Translations under genes and position numbers: made by a program
DNA from: Epiperipatus broadwayi
Lineage: Eukaryota; Animalia; Onychophora
DNA length: 64,000 nucleotides
Assembly: GCA_028023455.1 (NCBI GenBank)
Contig: JAQFVV010000006.1
Location: forward strand, 9,734,001 to 9,798,000
Reading direction: 5' to 3'
Notes under the pieces: model-generated
What the model saw: only the letters and a program-made list of their open reading frames with translations
Database searches by the model: none
What the model was told of the DNA's origin: nothing
Part shown: positions 53,686-64,000 of the stretch, piece after piece
Numbering within the stretch: the stretch's first letter is position 1
Layout of the letters: the number at the start of each line of letters is the position of its first letter

Positions 53686-54215
53686 ATCATCATCATCATT
53701 TCTAACCATTATCAATCCACTGCAGGATAAAGGTCTCTCCGAAGTCCAACCCAATTTCTCCGATTTCTAGCCTCTCTTCTTCACATTATGTCAGCACATT
53801 TCCTTATTTCATCCATCTCACATGTGGTCTCTTTCTAGGTCTTTTACAATTGGAATCCACTTTAAGATTTCAATTGTCTATCTGTTATCTCTGCTAGTAG
53901 TATGTTCAGCCCAGTTCTTTCAATGATGTCAGTAACACTTGTTTGCTCTCTCACCTGTGTATTTCTTTTTTGATCTCTTTACTCGTAACATGTATCTCTA
54001 AATACTTTATTGATTGGTCTGAAGTCTCTGCATTGCTCTTAAGTGCCCGTATTTCAGATTTGCAAAATCAATTACATCCTCAGTAAAATCTAGATGATTC
54101 AATTTTAGTTTTACTTTCTTAGTTTTCCAATTTAATCCACAAAATATTTCTTCCAAAATTACTGTAAAAAGGTTTTGGAGATGTGGAGCCATACAGTCTT
54201 CGCAATGATAATCTT
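53686..54215 (-). mobile_element. Internally deleted RTE-clade LINE fragment
   Basis: LFTVILEEIF..LNW..LNHLDF is joined directly to the ETW-region sequence, with a (ATC)n tail on the + strand at 53686. Confidence 0.8.
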
Positions 54216-54574
54216 AAATATCTATTGGGGGGGGGGAGAGGTTTCATTCATACACACATTCATTCTGCCTTATCAGGCAACTGAAAAGAAATATCATGGT
54301 GATGCTTGATTTTAAACTCAAAGGTAAAAGGCAATAAACTCAACTTGGTGGATAATGCATTGGTAAGCAACCCTTCCATGTAACGACAAGAATATATGGA
54401 GTGGACATTAGGAAATTTGCCCTGCTCTGTTCTTTTAAGACCCTCAAAGAAAAATCAAATAATCTCCTTTCAGTTTTTTCTGCATGCATTATATATACAA
54501 ATTCTTAAATAGTCAGCCTGTTAAAAGCAATAGAATGGTTTATTGCTCAAGGGTTTGGAACTGTCTGTATAAGT

Positions 54575-54979
54575 CAGGGATCCCCAACCCTATGCCCGTG
54601 GGCACCATGGTGCCCGTAGACCGACCATTTTACATGTGCCCGCCGCTATCTGAACATGATAAAAAAATTATTTATCTGATACAAATAAATTTAATTTTTA
54701 AAATTTCTTATAAATTATTGTATTATATTGTAATCAAATTGTAGGGCATACTATACTTTTACAGCGTAAAAATATAAATGTTAATTATAAGTTAAAATTT
54801 TATTTCTGAAATAAATATTTTTTTGTACATTATGTGTATTATTAACAATATCCAACTATAAATTTACATTGAAAAAAATAAATGATGCCCGCCATCTGGT
54901 TGAAAAAAATAAATGGTGCCCGCCACCTGGCCGGTATTATAGAATCTGCTCTTAAGTGCAAAAAGGTTGGGGATCCCTG
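54575..54979. mobile_element. Young hAT MITE
   Basis: Perfect 15-bp TIR CAGGGATCCCCAACC, perfect 8-bp TSD gtataagt (54567-54574, 54980-54987), subterminal TGCCCG repeats and intact CpGs. Confidence 0.95.
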
Positions 54980-55550
54980 GTATAAGTTATAACACAGTTT
55001 GTGTGGATATGTATATATTTTAGTTGATTGTAAATAAAGGTATTTTATTTAATGTTATAAATTATAACGCACTTGGTGCAGATATGTATATATTTTAATT
55101 GATTGTAAATAAAGGTATTTTATTTAATGTAATTATTCTCGCACAATATTTGAATAAATTTACTCCTCATTAATTATTTTCTCGAAAATTTACGTATCAT
55201 TAGCATGCATCAGACTTGATAAAATTAATCTATGCTAAAATATTCAGATTAATGCAGAAACTGGACTGATATAAAAACTGCAGATAATCTAACAAAGTGT
55301 GTGTGTGTAAAAGATGTTAAGAGAACACACATAAACGGACAATTTTCGATAAGCGTGCGTATAAAGAATTTATACAAACATCGAGGGAAGATAATTTTAC
55401 ACTTAGTGATCTTATTTTCTTGGAAGATTAAATGTTTTAATTTTTGTCTATATAAAATAAAATGTCTGTTATGTCATAAATATTGTAATAAAAAATAACG
55501 AATATAAATAATATATTATAAAAAAGTATTATAATCCACAAAAGTATATG

Positions 55551-55711
55551 CAGTTAATCACTTAACCTTCTTCAATTCAAATATAGCTGAAGTAAACTTC
55601 ATCAATTTATTAATGTTAAAATTCGAGAATCATGGGATATGATTTGATGACGTTTACTTCCACCTATATTTGAATTGAATTGACAATGGAAGAAGGTTAA
55701 GTGATTAACTG
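55551..55711. repeat. Degenerate hairpin element
   Basis: cagttaatcacttaaccttctt / aagaaggttaagtgattaactg, with inner caattcaaatatag / ctatatttgaattg. Confidence 0.78.
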
Positions 55712-55888
55712 ATAGTATTTCGGTGACTGTAATACTTTTTGTAATATATTATTACTTTTATATTCATTATTATTTTTATTACTATATATACATCATTTTG
55801 TTATAAGTGAATAAACTCTTGTTTAATCAAAATAAGAGTCATAGATCACATGACCCTATCTCTTAAACTTGTAAGTTATAACCAACAA

Positions 55889-56151
55889 GGATTGCCAATT
55901 CCTCTACAAGCTTTATGATAAATGCTTAGCCAGGTTCAGACATTAGATCTAAAAATACCAACCCAAAGCCAAGCATTTATCTAAAAGTTATCTATTGAGT
56001 GGAAAATCTGAAATTTTCAGACATCTACATGTCTTTAAACCCAGCTATCCAACTCAAATAGCTACATGGGGCTGATAGATTTTCAGAGATATTTTAAGTG
56101 CTGGCTCTGGCTAAGCATTTATCATAAAGCTTGTAGAGGAATTGGCAATCC
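55889..56151. mobile_element. MITE-like element with 45-bp perfect inverted arms
   Basis: 55889-55933 is the reverse complement of 56107-56151. Confidence 0.85.
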
Positions 56152-56432
56152 TCATTGTTTATAACTCTTGTTTAAGTTTTATTTCCATTAATGTTTCTTC
56201 ATTCCAAATATATTGATATGATCCAGCTGGTATTGTAAATAATACCCACTGAGAATACAACAGGGTCACCAGAAGATTGAGTGATAAAAGTGCCAACATT
56301 GGAATAGATCCAAAGATCCTACATTCTAGAATCTAACAGTATCACTACTACACAGAGCAATAATCAGCCTATTGCAAAGGAAAAATCTTCAAGAGCTAAT
56401 CAGTGAAATACAGTAAAGAAAACATTACTTAC

Positions 56433-56444
56433 CAGGTTCATCAC
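56433..56444 (-). CDS. Candidate 12-nt microexon (GTGATGAACCTG)
   Basis: The minus strand reads ttcattatctgacAG | GTGATGAACCTG | GTAAGT; the length is divisible by 3. Confidence 0.2.
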
Positions 56445-57821
56445 CTGTCAGATAATGAATGTTTTAGATGTTCACTCTTGTTCTACACTCCTGCTAAAAA
56501 TAATGATACCTATTTACCAATCTATATTGAACAGCTAGATGGATTGGTTAATCTTTTGCTAAGAGTTATTAATTATCATGCTAAAAATAGTTAAATACCC
56601 ATTTACCAACCATTGTAAAATAGGTAGCTGGATTAGTAAAGGATGATGTGCCTGAAAGAAAAATTTTTAACCCCACTTTTTACCTGGCCTGGATTCAAAC
56701 TTAGGTCACAATTATGGCTGATAGATTTATGCTAAAGAAGTACCGAATATAAAAATGATTTACTGTGTTATGGTTTGATCTAAGAGCAAAGTGTGGAGTG
56801 TTCAAAGCAACATGTTCCATTTTTGGAGCTTTCATGAATTCTTAAAGTAGATTAGAAACTATTTTATTTGCTGATATATAAATTTTATTGGGAATTTATC
56901 TGCAGAAGTATTACCCCCCCCTCCTTTTCATAAAAAAGCCAACGCCATATAATTGCATTATTGTTTTTATAGTTAATATCTAGCAACCTATATGCTCAGC
57001 CTATATTAATCCAGATTTTTACTATACCACTAATACTTCTTAAATACCTATTTACTGATCAATGAAAAATGGTTAGATGGAATAGATTAATCGATTATTT
57101 AATTCTTAAAACGTCAGCAAGAATGCTGAATTAATTAAAGTAAGTCTTTCCTGAAATTCATGAACTTTCTAAAAATTCTACGATATTATTCTCAAAATGA
57201 TTTGCTATTTATCCCCCTCATTTTATTTAATAATATATAGGGTATATGAGCACAAACTTTCACGCGCCCCACCACTCTCCAAACTATCTCATAACACTGA
57301 TACACTTGAATACGTATATGTTGAAGAGATAAACAATCACCAATATATATATTTCATGCTAAGCCAGCAATCATCAGTTGGTCCAGATTATCATCTCCAC
57401 ACATATATGCTGTAAGTGCTCAGATATATATTAAGATAGCCAAACCTCATACTTTAATGGACAGGTTTCAATCTACTTCACACTCCAACTCTTATGTTTT
57501 TCCAGAGCAGTACTGAAAGTTTAAATTTTCAGGAAATATATATATACAATACATGTATAAGTATAAAATTTTATAGTGTTAATAAATATTTTCAAACCTG
57601 CAGTAATAAACCTCAATGTAAATGCTGTTATGATGTGATATGACCTAGCCTTAAATTCAAGCACACCTTGTCTGTAGTTCAAGAACTTATATGGATAGTA
57701 GATTAGAACCAAAGATAATTACAAGCACAAATGGAGTTGTAAAAACATCTTGACTGATTTTATACTCACCCTTAGAGTTAGTTATATTGCTCTCATATGC
57801 CTATATAGATCTTAGATAACC

Positions 57822-58065
57822 AAACGTCACATGATCACCATCTCTTATGCTAGCACATTACTGTTATTAAACAGGCAAAACTCTCCATACAGTAGTGCCA
57901 CCCTGTTTAATAACAGTTATGTGCTAACATAAGAGATGGTGATCATGTGATGTTTAGTGGTTTAACACCAATCCTGCCTAATAGGATAGTGGTAGCTATG
58001 GTTGTTAAAGAACCAAAAGGCATCACTGGGTGGCACTACTGTATGGAGTGTTTTTCCTGTTCAAT
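57822..58065. mobile_element. Short fold-back made only from the tail of the hammerhead family, plus a further tail fragment
   Basis: cacatgatcaccatctcttatgctagcaca / tgtgctaacataagagatggtgatcatgtg, then the same right extension as 43600-43660. Confidence 0.8.
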
Positions 58066-58229
58066 GTTAGATTACTGCTGAAATTGGATTCATATTTATC
58101 TGCAAAGTAGATGACTTCGATTCTAGGGAATATTAATATAAATGACATTAAAGATTTATTGTTCTAGGTGTTGGATACATATGTGTAATACATATATATA
58201 TACAGAAAATGAAAAAAAAAGATTAATCA

Positions 58230-58700
58230 AATGCTATGTGTAGAGAGTACTATTGTATGGTTGTGAAATGTGGACAATGATCTAATAAAATTAGGAATAG
58301 ATTGGAAGTATTTGAGATGTGGATATGGGAAAAAATGGTTGAATGTATAAAATAAGAAATGAAGTTTTGAAAAGAGTAAATGAAAAAAAGATTGATCGAC
58401 GAAATCAGAAAGAAAAAGACAAACTGAATTTGACATATATTAAGGAGAAATTCTAGTTTATTGAATGATGTTTTGAAGAGAATAGTGAGTTGAAGTAAAA
58501 AGAAATGACAGAAAAGATTGACATTGTTGGATAATATAAGAGGTGGGAAGAGTTACATGGAGTCGAAGAGCTGGGCAATGAAGAGACTGGAATGGAAAAA
58601 TGGTTGTATTAATGACATGACTACTCTTAGAATTTGTTCATGGGACAGAATATTGTTGATTGATATACGTTTGGGTTATACCTTAGAGCAGAAGCTGGCA
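58230..58700 (+). mobile_element. Decayed RTE-type LINE 3' end
   Basis: RLEVFEMWIWEKM matches the EAFEMW.YRRML region of RTE ORFs. Confidence 0.6.
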
Positions 58701-59375
58701 AACTATGACTTATGAGCCAAATGTGATTTTTTGATCCTATCTCGGGGCTCTTTTTATCATGATAAACATAGACACAATTTCTTATTTTTTCTTGTAACTT
58801 ATAAATAAGTATTTTGATGACTACAGGAGAGGAAAAAACATATTACAAGGTGTATATGATGATGAATATTTAAATATTAGAAATTTGTGAATAAATCAAA
58901 CTTAAAATAATTGTTAGGATGTATATCAATTCTATTTTGTTTTAATTACTAAAATAAATATTCATACATCCATTCAGAAATTCGTATTTTTTAAGAACAT
59001 ATTTTCACCTCTTTCATTGCATTTCTTTAATGAGGAGAGGGGAAATCTTTTTATTTGTGACTTTTTAATGAGAGAAGGAAGGGCAATTTAAACAAAATGG
59101 CTCTTCATGGTAAAAGGTTTGATGACCCCTGTCTTAGATAATAAATGTGATTTTGCTGAGAAGTAAATGGTTTTATAAATCTAATCATATGATAACAGCT
59201 ATGACTTTATTCAAACCATCAATTGTCACTCTGTTGTCAAGGCAACCTTCATAAGAAAGAGAAACCATCTTTTATTCATGGAGATCACCTTGATATGAGA
59301 TTGAAGAGTTATGGTTTAGATAAATTTTAGGGAAGTATGAAAGTTTTATCCATTTTTTATTATTCTTAGATCTGC

Positions 59376-59592
<217 letters not shown>

Positions 59593-62500
59593 CTGATCTT
59601 CTTCTTCAGTGGTTTATAATTAAAAGGTTATATCCATAATTTTTATATAATTCAATAAACTGTTCTTTTTGTAAATTATCATTTTGCCAAAAGGTGCTTT
59701 TTTGCATTATTATTGTTATTACATATATACAATTATTGCTGAGATGTAAAAATATTATTCAAATATATAATAAAGCAGCCTAATGAATTAAACTTCTTTC
59801 TATTTTTAACTATACATATATCAAATACCACCAATCTGGCCTATGGTTTGGCAACGCTTATTATTTAGATAAATTTATTGAGAGGAAAAAAGTTTTGACT
59901 TTTCATGATTGGCTAGACATTATTTTAGCATCTTTAATACACATAAATTTAAAATATAAATATAGTATAATAAGTAATTAACCATTTCCAAGCATGAAAC
60001 ATGCTCTTGCATCATGTGAGTTCATGACTTTAATACAGTCTCTAACCACTACTTTTAATGTTAGTTTGCTGATTTTCTCAAGAAAAAACTATATAGAATA
60101 ATGCTGCCACGCTTAAGAATTTTTTTACAACTAATAATATTTAAATTTAATGGTACAACAATAAGATAAGAGCCTGCCTTCCAAGATGCTAATTATTTGT
60201 TTTTTGTTCTCTCTACATGACTGCACCTATCAATGATTTTGACAGTTCCAGTTCTTTATTTTGATTTTCAAAGTGAAACCATATTTTATAACTTTTTTTT
60301 AGATATTTATTATTTTTTTCACAAAATATTTATAATATATTAATTATTTTAGAAGAATAATTTAGATTATAGTAGAATATATTTTCTTTTATACAAAAGC
60401 AAATTGACAAAGAAATTAATAGCATACAGCTGCAATTTATAATTGGATGACACACATTTTATGTTTACCAGTATAGATTATTTTCATCATTTATAAATAG
60501 TAATTTAGTTTTAAAAAAACTTTCATCTATCTTAATAATCTGAAGAATTATTAATTTGCATTTAGAAACTAAACTAAAACAAAATTTAGTTTTAAAAGAT
60601 AAATATATTTTTATTGCTAATTCTGTAATTGGCCAATCAAAAGTTTAAATCAGGGGTAGGCAAACTTAAAAATAGCACAATCAACTTTTATATTAATTAT
60701 CTATTGGCAATTGATTTTTTGGGTAATAAAGGAATAAATAATCTTCAAAAATTTAAATTTTGTTTATTGATTATTATTATTATTTATTATATATTTTTGC
60801 TATGTTGACAGAAAGAGTGGTGTTTAACCACTGGCCAACTCACCTATAGAATTTATAAATATAAATGTAAAAAAAAGATTCAGAATTCAGGCAGCAATAA
60901 TCTGATGGCAGAAACGTCTATAATCGACTGTCAAGCTATTCATGATTGTCCATTTTCCCACCCCTGGTTTAAACCTCTAATTCAATCTGCCAATAAAGAT
61001 TTTGAACATAGAAAGGAGTAATATACACACACATTTAAAAATAAAATTAAAGAAAATAATATACATATATTTTTAAAAAAATGCTTTTATTTACATAATT
61101 GTTCTTAAAAGTATAAAATATATTTTCTTTGGCACTATTGGCCAAAAATAAAGGTGTGACACAAAAAAACATTTAAAGATATTTGTAAATACGGCTCACT
61201 TTTTTATGCCAATTACTATTCAAATAAACTTTTTTTTATCTGATGAATAGATTGGCATCTGCACAAGAAAGTGGTGATAATTGTGAGTCTATTAAAAAAA
61301 TTTTTTGCTCCACATTTTTATTTTTAGCTGCAAAATACCAAGAATACATAAAAACTGCAGAAGTTTATTTTTCAATTTTTAGAGCATTTGTGTGGATAAG
61401 TGATTAAAATTTTTATATATATTTTTTATTATTATCTACTTTTTAGTTTTAAATAGCTATAGAAATTGGGAGGGGGTGCTCTTAGAAACAATATAATGTT
61501 GCAAAATGGCATTGCCATAAATAATGGTGAATCTCATTTAAAATTAAAACTTTCCATTAATTTTTCATTAAAATTGTTTGAAAACTAAAAAATATATATA
61601 TTGTCATCAGAAACACATATATGTGCAAAGTTTCAACTAGATAGAGAAATTTGGGAAGTGGGTGAAAGTTGCATTATATCACCAGACAAACAGACAAAAA
61701 ACAGACTAAGTAAAATAGGAAAAACTACACATAGTTAAATATTTATAAGTTAATGGAATTAATTAATGTGGGCATAATGTTTATATTTTATATTTTTTAT
61801 TTGTTATTATTAACAATAAAAAAAACGTTCATTTACCAAAGAGCTATATTTAGCATATTGAAAACTTTTATAAATAAAAGAGTTGTGGGTGGATTGTTTA
61901 TCTTTAAATCAGCTGACATGAAGTTTGAATTTTTTAAAAATAAATATTGGTGAAAGAAAAAAAAAACTAATTACCAATTTTTAAAAAAATATTATATACA
62001 TGCAAATACTATACAGCATTAAACTCAATATATATAAACAATGACTTCTTGATGCAACTTTTAAACATCAAGAATTTTTCAGATTCATTATCTATTTGTT
62101 TTTGTCTTAAAATTGGCATCATAAAAGTACATTTTTTTAAAAATGGATTCATGGTTTTTTGAATTACTGTTTATCACATCTATCATTATCAAATTATGAT
62201 TCTGACAATATTTTTCTACATGAATAGTGTTTTGTATATGATTGCAATTTATAATTTTATTCCTTTATTTAAAAAAAAAAAACATTTCTTCTTTCCTTTT
62301 TAAGCTTTATACTTCAGGGTTTTAACCGTTTCTTTTACTTACGTCTTAATTAATTTCCTTCTCAATCTTTTTTTTAAGTCCTACCATTATGATCAATATG
62401 ATGTTAAAACTTAATTGTTCAAATTCATGACGGATTTAAAATAGTTTTATTTTTATCAGCTTAATGATATGACTCATTTGTTTCATCAAGGATATATATT

Positions 62501-63131
62501 TTAAAACGTCATAAATATATAATTTGAAATATTAATATGGTAACATGTAAAAGTTTACAATTTTTTTTATATGGCATTGAATTACTAATATTGCTTCAAA
62601 TAACTAATAGATGTATTTATAGATTTTCTGTAAAGCATTTGTCTCCTGATATTTGGTGGAAAAGTAGCAGCAATTTTTGTCAAGTCATAGTGAGGAAATT
62701 AAGTTGAGTGTATCAGTAATTTTTGTCATGGTAATATTTAACAGAACATTCATAAAATTATAGAAGCACTTTTTAAATCACATTAGAGCACAATATTTAA
62801 CAGGAAAATACGGTAAGATGAGGAAATCTGTTCTTAAAAAGATTTATATTAAAATCATAAATAGTTTCAGCCATAAAAATTATTAAAGATATCACATTTT
62901 AATAGAGATACTATCGATTTTAGTTATGATAAATTTTAAAAAAAAAATCAATAAAGTTTACAAATTTTATTTCAAAGATTCATTAAAAAATAAGTTTGAT
63001 CAAAGTTAATGTCATTAAACTAATTTCTATAATTAGAATAATTATCAACATATTAGTTCACATAATCAACTTGCCAAATAGAAATTACGTTTTCTCTAAA
63101 CAAATATGGAATCAAGAGTAGTCATGTTATG

Positions 63132-63242
63132 TTTTTTTTTTCATATGTCATAGCATCGGCCGGGACGCGAACCCACAACCGTCTGCAACCAACTACTTGC
63201 TTGCATGGCGGCTGCGATACCTCTCGGCTAACAACGCAAGAC
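63132..63242 (-). mobile_element. Young tRNA-Gly-derived SINE, long (TGC) subfamily, with TSD
   Basis: The minus strand reads gcgttgttagccgagaggtatcgcagccgccatgcaagcaagtagttggttgcagacggttgtgggttcgcgtcccggccgatgctatgacatatg(a)n. TSD tagtcatgttatg is at 63119-63131 and 63243-63255, and CpGs are intact. Confidence 0.9.
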
Positions 63243-63915
63243 TAGTCATGTTATGTTATTGTTTGTAATATGCAAATTAAGATAATTGCTAAAATATTAC
63301 CCATAAATGCTGTCACATTGCTAGTAATTGATACTAATGATTGCTAAAAAGGTAAATTAAATTTAAAAGATAAAACTTTTTAAGTAGTGATAATAAAGAT
63401 AAAGTTAATTTTAACAAACTCCAGAATACTTCAACCTGTATAAAATTAAAAAAAAAAAGTAAATATTTCAAATAGTTATAATAAAATACCCAGATGAAAA
63501 GTGAATTATGCCTCTAAAGATCATTCATCTCCTAAAAACTTATTAATAATTCAAAAAAATTGATTCTCAGAAATCAAAAATTCAAATACAATATCAAACG
63601 TAAAACTTGAAAAATATATTCTGTTGGTAAAATGGTGATTTCTATTGAATTTAGTTCAAAATAGTTATCTTATTTAAACCAATTTAACATAAATTTTTCT
63701 AATTTTTGTATATTCTTAAAAATTTGTAATAATCCTAAAATATTTTTTTGGGGAAATGATTTTGTACAGTAAAATTATTGAATATAATAAATTAACATAT
63801 ATATATATAATCAATCAAAATTGATATTGAAATAAACAACTATTCATAACACGAACTGGCTTTTATCTTCATTGAGACCTTTTCAAGATATTATACAATT
63901 TACGTTACCAATTAA

Positions 63916-63989
<74 letters not shown>

Positions 63990-64000
63990 GTCTGTCTGTC
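63916..64000. repeat. (TCTA)n/(TCTG)n microsatellite
   Basis: Directly visible. Confidence 0.98.

Noticed and set aside
60902-60918. ctgatg-gca-gaaac-gtc hammerhead-like string
   Set aside because: A9 and stem II are missing and stem I is not convincing; chance or heavy decay.

Overview
This is a very AT-rich animal nuclear region, most likely from an invertebrate, though the species cannot be identified from the sequence. It is dominated by decayed mobile DNA and simple repeats, and no intact host gene can be assembled; only a few low-confidence exon candidates are visible. Recognisable parts are Penelope-like (RT + GIY-YIG) fragments, RTE-type and zinc-knuckle LINE fragments, an internally deleted mariner, hAT MITEs (one resembling the SPIN/URR1 MITE), several tRNA-derived SINE families, many fold-back elements and large microsatellites. 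The most notable signal is RNA-level. (i) An abundant non-coding fold-back element carries minimal type-I hammerhead ribozymes, with a shared inversion junction and variable 12-20 bp target duplications at four insertions. (ii) One copy of it holds a perfect 3 x 58-nt tandem ribozyme array. (iii) A separate hammerhead behind a Penelope ORF has the invariant C3-G8 core pair replaced by A3-U8. All calls were made by eye; no folding or database searches were run.
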